Counted from the first letter of the stretch, positions 1 to 8,344 are shown. The stretch is 24,000 nucleotides of DNA from Antrihabitans sp. YC2-6 (GCF_016481275.1 NZ_JAEMNW010000001.1:1145531-1169530); one strand, 5' to 3'. The notes: generated by a model not told the origin, from the sequence alone. Translations and numbers: made by a program.

Positions 1-1241
1 GCCGCCACCGCGCACATGGCCGCCGCTGCAAACCAGGCGATCGTGTACTGCCCGGTCGCGTCCCGGACGACACCGGCCGCGACCGACGCGAACGCCGCGC
101 CGATCTGGTGCGCGGCAAACACCCAGCCGAAGACGATGGTCCCCGATTCGCCGAACGCGTCGCGGCACAATGCGGCGGTCGGCGGAACCGTCGCAACCCA
201 ATCGAGGCCGTAAACGACGACGAAGAGGACGATGCTCGGTTTGACGGTGTCGGCCAACAGGATCGGCAGGAGCATCAATCCGACTCCACGGAACCCGTAG
301 TACAGCGCGAGCAGAATGCGCGGATCGACGCGGTCGGTCAACGCGCCGGATGCGATCGTGCCGACGATGTCGAAGACGCCGACGACGGCAAGCAGTCCGG
401 CAGCCGTCGTCTCGGCCATTCCGTGGTCGTGCGCCGAAGGAATGAAGTGCGTGCCGATGAGCCCGTTGGTTGTGGCGCCGCAAATGGCGAAACCGCCTGC
501 GAGCGCCCAGAAGGTGCGCGTCTTCGCAGCCTCCCGCAGCGCCTGCACGGCGCGTCGGGCAGCGCCATGACCGGATGGCGGTCGCTCGAGAGCGATATCC
601 GACGACATCCCGTACGGCCGCACGCCGCGATCGACCGGGTAATCCCGCAGGAACGTAAGCACGAGGGGCACGACGAGCAGCGCCGCGAACGCGATGATCA
701 GCGACGCGATCCGCCATCCGGACCGTTCGGCAACCCAGGCGATGACCGGCAGAAAGATGAGCTGACCCGTTGCGCTTCCCGCTGTCAGGACACCCATCAC
801 CAAGCCACGGCGCTTGACGAACCAGCGATTCGCGATCGTCGCCGCAAATGCGAGCGCCATCGAACCCGTGCCGAGCCCGACCAGGACCCCCCACAACAGC
901 ATCAGCTGCCAACTCGCCGTCATGAAGATGGTCACGCCGCTGCCCGCGGAGATCAACAGAAGCGCGCACGTGACGACCTGGCGAATTCCGAAGCGATCCA
1001 TGAGTGCCGCGGCGAACGGCGCCGTCAGTCCGTACAACACGAGGTTGACGCCCACCGCCGTCGACAGCAGCCCACGCGACCAACCGAATTCGTCTTCGAG
1101 CGGCACCATCAGCACACCGGGCGCTGCCCTGAACCCTGCGGCACCGATCAGTGCGACAAAGGCAACGGCGGCAACGATCCACGCTGGATGCAGTCGATGC
1201 CCGCCGCCCGTCGGTGCGGCGCGCACGATTGGCTTGTTCAC
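1..1241 (-). CDS. MFS transporter (oxalate/formate-antiporter-like MFS_1), 3' end outside window
   Basis: Hand translation of the minus strand from GTG at 1241-1239, with an in-frame TGA two codons upstream. It gives MNKPIVRAAPTGG..WIVAAVAFVALIGAAGFRAAPGVLMVPLEDEFGWSRG..., multiple hydrophobic helices and the typical MFS loop DRFGIR. The frame stays open to base 1. The ORF track omits it because it runs off the window edge. Confidence 0.8.
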   Translation of the reverse strand, partial: MNKPIVRAAPTGGGHRLHPAWIVAAVAFVALIGAAGFRAAPGVLMVPLEDEFGWSRGLLSTAVGVNLVLYGLTAPFAAALMDRFGIRQVVTCALLLISAGSGVTIFMTASWQLMLLWGVLVGLGTGSMALAFAATIANRWFVKRRGLVMGVLTAGSATGQLIFLPVIAWVAERSGWRIASLIIAFAALLVVPLVLTFLRDYPVDRGVRPYGMSSDIALERPPSGHGAARRAVQALREAAKTRTFWALAGGFAICGATTNGLIGTHFIPSAHDHGMAETTAAGLLAVVGVFDIVGTIASGALTDRVDPRILLALYYGFRGVGLMLLPILLADTVKPSIVLFVVVYGLDWVATVPPTAALCRDAFGESGTIVFGWVFAAHQIGAAFASVAAGVVRDATGQYTIAWFAAAAMCAVA

Positions 1242-1274
1242 ATTTCAACCGTAGCGGGCAGCCTGTGCGGGGTG

Positions 1275-3167
1275 TCAGCCCTGCAGTGCCTCGATCGGGA
1301 TCGAGCCCGCCGCGAAGAGCTCCTCGACTCGCGCGGGTGGAACCGGCCGCGAGATCAGGAAGCCTTGCGCCCTGTGGCAACCGAGTTCGAGCAGCGTGCG
1401 CGCCGCGATCTCGGTCTCGACGCCTTCGGCGACAAGTGCCAGACCGAACGAATTTGCAAGTCCAACTATCGATTTCACGATGGCCAGGTCGTCGGCATCT
1501 TGACCGAGCCGCTGCACGAAACCCAGATCGATCTTCAGGGCGTCGACCGTCAGCGCCTTGAGGTGCGACAACGACGAGTAGCCGGTCCCGAAATCGTCGA
1601 TCGCAACTTGGACGCCGATCTTCTTGAGACCCTCGAGAGTGATTCGCGTGCGCGTCAGGTCTTGCACAACAACGTGTTCCGTTATTTCGAGGCACACCGA
1701 GGCGCCGTCAAGACCGAATTCCTTCAGCACCTTGTCGACGGAAGCCACGAAATCGAGACTGACGAGCTGGACCGGGGACACATTGATTCGGAGCACGATG
1801 TCGGACGCCAAGCCTTTGCGCCGCCATTCCGCGAGTTGCCGGCACGCCTCACGGATGACCCATCGGCCCAGTTCACCGGCCAAGTTCGTGGCCTCCGCGA
1901 CCTGAATGAACATGCCGGGGTACAGGAGTCCGCGGGTGGGATGCTCCCACCGCACGAGCGCTTCGACGGCAAGAATCTTGCCGGTGCGCAGGTCGACCTC
2001 GGGCTGGTAGTGCAGGAGCAGCGAATCGCTTTCTACCGCGTGCCGCAGATGCAACTCGATGTCGTCGCGCAGGGCGTGCTGCGCACGCATTTCGTCACTG
2101 AATGTCACGATCCCGTTGCCACCGGCAGACTTGGCGGCCAAAACAGCCTGGTCGGCCTGCCGCAGTACGTCCGATACCGAAGTTTCACCGGGAATTCCCA
2201 CGGCGACGCCGATGCTCACGCTGCGACTCACTTTTTCGCCGCCGACCACGACCCGCTCGCCGAAGAATCGCTTGATTCGCTCAGCCTCCCGCTGTGCATC
2301 GCTCGCCGTCAGGGGGACGGCGGGAACGATCACAAACTCGTCTCCCCCGAGGCGCGCAATCATGTCTCGCGGGTCGGTCTGATCGCGCAACCGCTTGGCG
2401 AGTGCCCGGATGAATTGGTCGCCCGCGGCATGGCCCAGGAAGTCGTTGAGCGCCTTCAGCCGATCCAGATCGATGAAGAGCGCCGCCACTGGGCCCGGTT
2501 GGCCTGGCTTCAGCCGGTGCTCCATGTACTCGAGAAGAGCGCGTCGGTTCGAGAGACCGGTCAGGTCGTCGTGCGCGGCAATGTGGCGCAGTCGCTCTTC
2601 GGCTTCGATTCGGCCCTGCAGTTGCGCGAAGAGTGCCGCGATGGCCTTGAGCGAATTGACCTCGTCATCCGACCAGTGACGATCGGAACTCTTGGTCAAA
2701 GTGACATTGCCGGTGGGTATTCCCGCAGATACGAGTGGCGCCGAAACGAACGAGACTTCCGGCCAGCCGGCACCGGCCAGCACCCGTTCCTCGTACTCGG
2801 GAAATTCGCCGCGCGGCCGGCCGAAGTACGGAAACGTGCGGGTTTCCGACGCTCTGAATGCATCATCGGCATCGGCGAAGTAGATCACTCCGAGCGGATC
2901 GGGCACAGGCTTGACCGGACGTACGGGGCACTCCGCGACAAGAACCGTCGCGTGAATGTTGTGGTCGTTGTACCTCAGGCAGGTGTGGTCCACCTCGAAA
3001 AACGCGAGCAATTCCGCCAGTACGCCTTCGGTCACCGACACCATCGTCGTGGCGTCAGCACCCATCAATCTCGTCGCAATGTCTGTGACGAGAAGATCGA
3101 GACTCCGCCGGATATCGACGCTACTCACCGAATCGCCTCCCATACCGCCAGCACCAAAGAGCCACAC
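1275..3167 (-). CDS. GAF-GGDEF-EAL c-di-GMP synthase/phosphodiesterase (Rv1354c/DcpA-like)
   Basis: 630-aa ORF with motifs HDDLTGLSNRRAL, RLGGDEFVIV (GGDEF), EALVRWEHP, DDFGTGYSSLSHL, KIDLGFV and EGVETE (intact EAL). The N-terminal ~170 aa look GAF-like. The start could be GTG at 3167 or ATG at 3143. Confidence 0.9.
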   Translation of the reverse strand: MWLFGAGGMGGDSVSSVDIRRSLDLLVTDIATRLMGADATTMVSVTEGVLAELLAFFEVDHTCLRYNDHNIHATVLVAECPVRPVKPVPDPLGVIYFADADDAFRASETRTFPYFGRPRGEFPEYEERVLAGAGWPEVSFVSAPLVSAGIPTGNVTLTKSSDRHWSDDEVNSLKAIAALFAQLQGRIEAEERLRHIAAHDDLTGLSNRRALLEYMEHRLKPGQPGPVAALFIDLDRLKALNDFLGHAAGDQFIRALAKRLRDQTDPRDMIARLGGDEFVIVPAVPLTASDAQREAERIKRFFGERVVVGGEKVSRSVSIGVAVGIPGETSVSDVLRQADQAVLAAKSAGGNGIVTFSDEMRAQHALRDDIELHLRHAVESDSLLLHYQPEVDLRTGKILAVEALVRWEHPTRGLLYPGMFIQVAEATNLAGELGRWVIREACRQLAEWRRKGLASDIVLRINVSPVQLVSLDFVASVDKVLKEFGLDGASVCLEITEHVVVQDLTRTRITLEGLKKIGVQVAIDDFGTGYSSLSHLKALTVDALKIDLGFVQRLGQDADDLAIVKSIVGLANSFGLALVAEGVETEIAARTLLELGCHRAQGFLISRPVPPARVEELFAAGSIPIEALQG

Positions 3168-3259
3168 CCATTCTGGGGACTCCCCGAGAGTCGTAAGCGT
3201 AGCCGTCGCGATCTCGTAACTCGACCGCAGCGCGTAATTCTTACGGTTCGATGGTCAGG

Positions 3260-4336
3260 TTAGCGACTACATTGGGTGCGAGCAGGAGATTCCGGTTGAC
3301 ATAAACCGTCGAGTGCATCGTCGAGGCAAACTCGAATACGGCCGGAAGGCAAAGACAGCCCTTGGCCGAATCGCCGAATCGCCGCAGCCACAATTGCTCC
3401 GCCGAGCTGCACGTCGGATCCGAGCTGAGGCCACGTCGACAATGACGTCCCAATCTCTGACATCGATGCGAGCAGTTGCGGAGACATCGAATCGCGCTCC
3501 AGAAAATCGATTACGAACTCGGCGCGGTCGGCCGGCGACATAGCTGCGAGGGACCCCCTGTCGATCGCACCTACCAACCCGTGCATGAGTGGCCAATTCG
3601 GATCCAGATCGTATCGTTCGACATCGAGCAGGCCACGATCGCTCGTTTCCATCAACACCGGAATTCCGCGTCCACGTGCCGCTTCGCGAACCGCAATCTT
3701 GATATCCATCGAGTCGCATTCCTCGACAACCAGATCGAGCCCGTCGAGGAACGCGGCGATAGAGCTGTCCGAGATCCCGGAAGGAACAGCGTCGACCCGC
3801 AAGTACGGATCCACCTCAGCAATGCGACGGGCGGCAACGTATGCCTTGTTCTCGCCGATGTCGAGGACCGAGGCAGGAATTCGATTCAAATTCGACAACG
3901 AGATCTCGTCGAAATCCGCCAATCGAAGCTCGCCACAGAGTCCTTCGAGCGCGATTGTGTGTGCAATGGCGTGTCCGACGCTCAGCCCGACAACACCGAT
4001 GGTCAGCGCCTCGAACCTCGCCTGAGCCTCCGACGTGATCTTGTTGCGGTTCCGGTCCAGGCGCAATCGGCGAAAGGCACGGGGGCCAGGTAGGTGGAGA
4101 ACCGCGCGACGCCACGGGTAGTACACCCAACGCGCAGGCTCATCTCGAATCTCTGCCGGCAATGGTGGAACCAGCTCAGCCATCTCCTCGGTCAACAGGT
4201 TGCTTTTGTCGACTACGAGAACGGAATCGTCACGGCGCAACCGCTCGAGATACGCGGCATCGGCAGGATCTGCGATGTCGAGCACCCTGGGCGCGTACTG
4301 ATCGGCCGGCAATTCTTGTATGTGCCTATTGGTCAC
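3260..4336 (-). CDS. E1/ThiF-like adenylyltransferase-fold protein, Rv1355c (MoeY) family-like, short form
   Basis: This is the C-terminal 358 aa of track ORF 3260..5002. It has a ThiF-type nucleotide loop region (IGVVGLSVGHAIA), LADFDEISLSNLNR, and DLVVEECDSMDIKIAVREAARGRGIPVL. The N-terminal ~100-aa extension includes RWVYYPWRRAVLHLPGPRAFRRLRLDRNRNKIT. The proposed GTG start at 4336-4334 overlaps the upstream TGA (GTGA). The Arg/Pro-rich upstream 222 aa of the track ORF are an off-frame artefact. Confidence 0.75.
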   Translation of the reverse strand: MTNRHIQELPADQYAPRVLDIADPADAAYLERLRRDDSVLVVDKSNLLTEEMAELVPPLPAEIRDEPARWVYYPWRRAVLHLPGPRAFRRLRLDRNRNKITSEAQARFEALTIGVVGLSVGHAIAHTIALEGLCGELRLADFDEISLSNLNRIPASVLDIGENKAYVAARRIAEVDPYLRVDAVPSGISDSSIAAFLDGLDLVVEECDSMDIKIAVREAARGRGIPVLMETSDRGLLDVERYDLDPNWPLMHGLVGAIDRGSLAAMSPADRAEFVIDFLERDSMSPQLLASMSEIGTSLSTWPQLGSDVQLGGAIVAAAIRRFGQGLSLPSGRIRVCLDDALDGLCQPESPARTQCSR

Positions 4337-5115
4337 AGTTTGGCCAATGCCACGTTGAATCTGTCTGTGGGCAGACCGATGCTGTCTGCGAGATCCATCC
4401 ACTCGGACAACGTCGTCAGCACTTGGCCGTGATCGGCCACATCTGCGAACGTTTCGCGATCCCACCAAACCAACTTGGTCCGATAGCGATCGGTGGGGTA
4501 TGCCGCCGCTGGAATCTCCTCCACCGGAAGGCCACCGGATTTGCGCCACAGCGGCAGGACATGGTCCGCGCCGGTACCGACGGCATACTTCACGTTCCAA
4601 ATCGCCGTCGCATGCAGAATGCACCGCGAGATCACGTCCGAGATAGCGGACTTGTTTTTGGCGTCGGGCGCTACCCACCCGGTTTTCAGCTCGACGACGC
4701 CGTCGTCGAGCCTGTCCGCGACGAGCTGCCGAACTGCATCTTGACCGACGCAGCCTTCCCATTCCTCGACCGCATGGGCTTCGTCGGCGAATGTGTACGG
4801 ACCCTGGCAGCGGACGCCACCGACAATCGCACCCTGTGAATCCTCGACCACGAAGAAGAGCGTTGTGGAAGCCCCGTCTTCGATTCGGTCGTATTCCAGG
4901 GCGCTCACGACACCATAGGCCTGGTAGCTGTGCAGCGCGCCGTCCAGATACTGGCGCCACATCTCGGGATCCCGTCGGGGGGTGCAGAGGCGGACCCGGC
5001 ACTGCGACCGGCGATCGAAGAATCCCGGGTGGGCATCGATTCCAAGCGTGCGCAGGTGTGTTGCCGAAGCCGCGATGGGATCAGACTGGGTGTCTGCGAA
5101 CATAACGTCGGTCAT
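4333..5115 (-). CDS. Hypothetical protein, possible GNAT / autoinducer-synthase-like acyltransferase fold (Rv1356c-sized)
   Basis: Track ORF 4333..5253, trimmed to ATG at 5115 (MTDVMFADTQ...) because the upstream codons are A/T-rich and look non-coding. The coding-like composition continues throughout. Segments LEYDRIEDG..TLFFVVEDSQGAIVGGVRCQ and VELKTGWVAP...LPLWRKSGG resemble LuxI/N-acyl-amino-acid-synthase-type GNAT cores. That assignment rests on motifs only. Confidence 0.6.
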   Translation of the reverse strand: MTDVMFADTQSDPIAASATHLRTLGIDAHPGFFDRRSQCRVRLCTPRRDPEMWRQYLDGALHSYQAYGVVSALEYDRIEDGASTTLFFVVEDSQGAIVGGVRCQGPYTFADEAHAVEEWEGCVGQDAVRQLVADRLDDGVVELKTGWVAPDAKNKSAISDVISRCILHATAIWNVKYAVGTGADHVLPLWRKSGGLPVEEIPAAAYPTDRYRTKLVWWDRETFADVADHGQVLTTLSEWMDLADSIGLPTDRFNVALAKL

Positions 5116-5353
5116 TTTGGTTCCAATCGGTCTCTGAGTCCGCAATACAAGCGGAGTCTGGGATGAAACTCGGCGGCGAGCCTTATTAGGCAGCACGCCG
5201 TCGCATCCAATTATCCCGATAGTTTTCGGTAACGGAACAGTCGCAGAGAACAATTGCTCAAACGTCCAATCAGCAATAAATAGCTGAATGGTTGCGACAT
5301 GTCAGAATGTCGACGAAAAGGCCGAAATCGATTGCGCGAGTTGCTTTTCGGAG

Positions 5354-5788
5354 TTAGCTGGCGACCGAGATAAGGAGCTCGACACTACCGTCCCGATGGA
5401 AAATTTCCATTTCCGCACCGTAGGCACGCGTTATCGATCCGAGATCGGCGGCTGCCTTGGCCTGCACCCACAGATCCTCAATTGGATCGGAATACTCGCC
5501 ATTAGGTTTGAACACTGCGTAAATACCTTTCGGCACCAACGCAAAAACGTCTCCGAACGGGATCTCATCCGTAGATTCATACGCAAAACAGACCAAAACA
5601 TTGCTTTGGCCGGTCGAATCAGGGATGTAGACGGTAAAGACTTCGTTTCGATCTTCGGCACGCTCCCAGAGGCGGCCCTTCAAGAATTCGACCAGTTCGC
5701 TGGAACCGACCTTGAACCCCGGCGTCACTCTCGGCACGACAAGCCCGCCGAACAACTGCCGCTCCCGGATGACGAATGCTTGGCTCAT
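5354..5788 (-). CDS. GyrI-like (AraC effector-binding / SbmC-like) small-molecule-binding domain protein
   Basis: Internal ATG at 5788 of track ORF 5354..6157 gives 144 aa: MSQAFVIRERQLFGG...LVPKGIYAVFKPNGEYSDPIEDLWVQ...EMEIFHRDGSVELLISV, a typical GyrI-like pattern. The track ORF upstream of this ATG overlaps the next gene out of frame. Confidence 0.7.
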   Translation of the reverse strand: MSQAFVIRERQLFGGLVVPRVTPGFKVGSSELVEFLKGRLWERAEDRNEVFTVYIPDSTGQSNVLVCFAYESTDEIPFGDVFALVPKGIYAVFKPNGEYSDPIEDLWVQAKAAADLGSITRAYGAEMEIFHRDGSVELLISVAS

Positions 5789-5808
5789 AGGTCGCTCGCC
5801 GCCCTCGC

Positions 5809-6264
5809 TCACGCCTTCTCGCCCGGGCGCTCGATGGAGAGGTACAGGTCGATCTTGTACGCATGCGGGTAGCACTCGAAGTCCCCCGCGAAGGTTCGCT
5901 TTATCTCGTTGTGTTCCTCGGCGTAATTGATCTGCGTCCACAGGTCGGCCATCACCTTCGGAAACTGGCCGATGGCGGAGAACCGGGCGTAGTGACCACG
6001 CGGTACCCGAGCGACCAAATGGCCGCGCGTGACGGCGTCGAGTGACGAGCACTCGTAGCCCACGATCTGCGTATTGTACGTTTCCAGATCCGGCGAGAAA
6101 TCCGTATATATGGACGCGAGCGGCCCGGCAAAGTCCTGTTTCAGGACCGCCGACCACGCTTCTTCGAGCGCTTGATCGCGCAATTTGCCCAGGGCCCGCT
6201 TCGGACTGCGCACCGGCAACCCAGCCACCCAGGTCTCACCGCGTTCCACAATCTGAAACTGCAT
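5809..6264 (-). CDS. GyrI-like (AraC effector-binding / SbmC-like) small-molecule-binding domain protein
   Basis: 151-aa ORF: MQFQIVERGETWVAGLPVRS...ARVPRGHYARFSAIGQFPKVMADLWTQINY...GDFECYPHAYKIDLYLSI. A GAAGGAG Shine-Dalgarno sits 5 nt upstream of the ATG, and a TGTTAGAAT extended -10-like element lies further upstream. Confidence 0.75.
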   Translation of the reverse strand: MQFQIVERGETWVAGLPVRSPKRALGKLRDQALEEAWSAVLKQDFAGPLASIYTDFSPDLETYNTQIVGYECSSLDAVTRGHLVARVPRGHYARFSAIGQFPKVMADLWTQINYAEEHNEIKRTFAGDFECYPHAYKIDLYLSIERPGEKA

Positions 6265-6490
6265 CGGACTCCTTCGAATCAGACCGGGCGAACCTTCGAG
6301 CGGAGCGCCACAATTCTAACAATTGCCGAAACTTACAGCCGGAGAAAGAGGCGCTGACCGCTTTACGCCGAACTGTTGCGCCTACGAAGAACACAATAAT
6401 TGGAGCAACTCACTGTGCTGCGAGGAGGGACCGTATTGCAAATAAGCATGCCCTGTGCGAGCGATCGGCAAATGCCGTTGACGATTGTAC

Positions 6491-6566
6491 TGGTGGAGCT
6501 GAGGGGAATCGAACCCCTGACCTCTTCGATGCGAACGAAGCGCGCTACCAACTGCGCTACAGCCCC
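6491..6566 (-). tRNA. tRNA-Ala (anticodon CGC), CCA encoded
   Basis: The reverse complement is GGGGCTGTAGCGCAGTTGGTAGCGCGCTTCGTTCGCATCGAAGAGGTCAGGGGTTCGATTCCCCTCAGCTCCACCA. It folds as a cloverleaf with a 7-bp acceptor stem carrying the G3:U70 Ala identity pair, anticodon stem CTTCG/CGAAG with loop TTCGCAT, and a GGTTCGATTCC T-arm. Confidence 0.95.
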
Positions 6567-6655
6567 GTGCGGTCACGTTCAACCGCGCTGCGCAACTCTA
6601 GCAGGCACCCCGCCGGTACTCCGAATCGAGGTCTGCCAAAGCCCGGATTCCGTAC

Positions 6656-7537
6656 CTATTCGCCTGCTGCCCTTCGCATTCCACCGGCGCCCTTGGGCTC
6701 AGATGTACGTCTGCCCATCGTCATATCCGGATGATCCAGGTAGTCGAAAGCTGGGTCTTCGTCATCACATTCGAGGACGACAGCACCCGGGCGGCGCAAT
6801 CGCGTCGGTACCAGACGCAACTCGTCATCGGTTGCCGACTCGACACCGAGCCGGGCACGCCCGAGCCGGGCCATGCGGCGACGGCGAATCTCTTCTTCCA
6901 TCCGCACCTGCTTGCGCAGGTAGCTGAGGTACGTCGCGAGCATGGCCACCGCGATGGCGCAGGCCCACCACATCTTCGGCGAGATGATCATTCCGAGTGC
7001 CGCCGTCATCAGCGACGCCAGCACGAGCCCAAGCACCGCACGTTGCCGGAACGAGTAGCGTGCGGCACGCGCTATCGCATCGGCCTGCGGATCGAAACCA
7101 CCGCGACCGCGCCTGCTCGGGACGTAGTCCTCCTGCGACTCGCCGTCGCGGGCGGTCGGTCGGCCGGACCGGCGCCTCGGCTCGTCACGCCGATCGACAT
7201 CATCGTCGCGACGGTCGAAGTCATCGCCGCCTCGATCGAAATCGTCGTCGATCATGTCGCTTGCTTCGTCTGCGCGAGTGTCCATCAGGTCCTCCGCGTC
7301 GATGCCGGGTCTTTGGGTACGAGATTCCATTGGCGTCGGTTGCCAATCAGGATCACTGTCATGGCCCGTCGCCGGCGAGTATGCAGCGCGACGTTTCGAA
7401 CCGCCGCGGAACAACACCCTGGTGGCGAGCGCGACATCGGTGGTTTGCCGGATGCGCGGATGCCGGTCGGCGAGCAGCGGAAACAGGACGAAAAGCCACA
7501 GCACGACCAGCCCGATCCACAAGATCGAATTCGGCAT
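6656..7537 (-). CDS. Divisome membrane protein SepX/GlpR family (Rv0996-like)
   Basis: Track ORF 6656..7549. ATG at 7537 is preferred because GGGAGG lies 11 nt upstream. The protein has an N-terminal TM helix (SILWIGLVVLWLFVLFPLL), an acidic/basic disordered repeat region (DDDFDRGGDDFDRRDDDVDRRDE), a second TM hairpin and a basic C-terminus. Its position two genes downstream of moeA and the GNAT gene matches the conserved actinobacterial cluster. Confidence 0.75.
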   Translation of the reverse strand: MPNSILWIGLVVLWLFVLFPLLADRHPRIRQTTDVALATRVLFRGGSKRRAAYSPATGHDSDPDWQPTPMESRTQRPGIDAEDLMDTRADEASDMIDDDFDRGGDDFDRRDDDVDRRDEPRRRSGRPTARDGESQEDYVPSRRGRGGFDPQADAIARAARYSFRQRAVLGLVLASLMTAALGMIISPKMWWACAIAVAMLATYLSYLRKQVRMEEEIRRRRMARLGRARLGVESATDDELRLVPTRLRRPGAVVLECDDEDPAFDYLDHPDMTMGRRTSEPKGAGGMRRAAGE

Positions 7538-7670
7538 TGCGGTGACCACCTCCCGTCCGCGCCACTTGCTCTGACGACAACTCTGACGGTCCCAAGGCTA
7601 GTGTCCGACACGCCGCGAACCCCCGCGACGCGCCGGATGCTCAACCACAACTGTCACTTCAGTAACAGAG

Positions 7671-8327
7671 CTACGCCCAGCTGGCTTTGCCCGCCCGACA
7701 GAGGCGGTCCACGACCGTCCCGACGACCTCTTCTTGCGTTATCCCGACGAGCAGGTGGTCACGCCACGCGCCGTCGACGTCCAGATAGCGCTCGAGCAGG
7801 CCTTCCGTCCGAAATCCCACGTTTCGCAGAACTGCTTGGCTGGCAAGGTTTTCCGGCCGGACGGTGGCCTCGACCCGGTGTAACCCGACCGGACCGAAGC
7901 AGTGATCGAGCCCGAGCGCGAGGGCTGCCGTCGCGACGCCGCCGCCACCGACATCCTTCGCCACCCAGTAGCCGATCCAGGCCGACCGTAGCGGTCCGCG
8001 GATGATGTTTCCGATCGTCAGCTGACCGCAGAACCGGCCGTCGACCTCGATGACAAGCGGAATCATGTGGCCCTTACGGGCTTCCGACTTCAACGTCGAC
8101 CACAACCCTGGCCAGTTGGACGTGTGATGGCGAGCCTCCCACGGCCCGGTCCCGGTCGGTTCCCACGGCTGCAGATGGTCGCGATCACGCGTGCGGATCC
8201 GGCTCCAGACCGACCCGTCACGCAACCTGATCGGCCGCAGGCTCACCACTCCCGCAGCAACCCGCACCGACCCCAACTGCGCAGGCCAACCGGGATGGCT
8301 CGACCACTTCACTACGTTGTTTCCCAT
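7671..8327 (-). CDS. GNAT family N-acetyltransferase (RimJ-like, Rv0995-like)
   Basis: The last 218 aa of track ORF 7671..9509, starting at ATG 8327: MGNNVVKWSS...LRPIRLRDGSVW...IGYWVAKDVGGGGVATAALALGLDHCF...LHRVEATVRPENLASQAVLRNVGFRTEG. The remaining upstream 394 aa of the track ORF run out of frame through moeA and are an artefact. Confidence 0.85.
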   Translation of the reverse strand: MGNNVVKWSSHPGWPAQLGSVRVAAGVVSLRPIRLRDGSVWSRIRTRDRDHLQPWEPTGTGPWEARHHTSNWPGLWSTLKSEARKGHMIPLVIEVDGRFCGQLTIGNIIRGPLRSAWIGYWVAKDVGGGGVATAALALGLDHCFGPVGLHRVEATVRPENLASQAVLRNVGFRTEGLLERYLDVDGAWRDHLLVGITQEEVVGTVVDRLCRAGKASWA

Positions 8328-8344
8328 GTTGGTGCGGCCGCGAC

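Noticed and set aside
108-3263. 1051-aa plus-strand ORF spanning the first 3 kb
   Set aside because: It is Arg/Asp/His-rich low-complexity sequence with no recognisable motifs. It runs antisense to two well-supported minus-strand genes (the MFS transporter and GAF-GGDEF-EAL). This is a typical high-GC shadow ORF.
4337-5002. N-terminal 222 aa of the 580-aa track ORF, which would make a single long ThiF-like protein
   Set aside because: This part is Arg/Pro/Gly-rich junk. It overlaps, in another frame, a 260-aa ORF with good coding composition. The GTGA junction at 4333-4336 gives a clean two-gene solution. A genuine frameshifted fusion gene cannot be fully excluded without orthologue comparison.
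5116-5353. Search for a microcin-C-like (MccA-type) or other tiny precursor peptide upstream of the GNAT/E1 pair
   Set aside because: I found only a 29-codon ORF (MSQPFSYLLLIGRLSNCSLRLFRYRKLSG, ATG at 5300) and a 6-codon ORF (MRRRAA). Neither has an RBS or a C-terminal Asn or Gly-Gly. There is not enough evidence to call a precursor gene.
6265-6490. Possible genomic-island boundary at the 3' end of tRNA-Ala
   Set aside because: No integrase or recombinase gene is present. I could find no direct repeat of the tRNA 3' end within 1-6490 by eye. Part of the adjacent gene set (GGDEF-EAL and the E1-like gene) appears syntenic with mycobacteria.
6477-6490. GTTGACGATTGTAC shares the 8-mer ACGATTGT with the Zur-like boxes
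   Set aside because: It lacks the inverted-repeat arms (GAyAA/TTGTC) and the TCATTA extension. It sits just 3' of a tRNA with no zinc-related gene nearby, so the match is probably coincidence.
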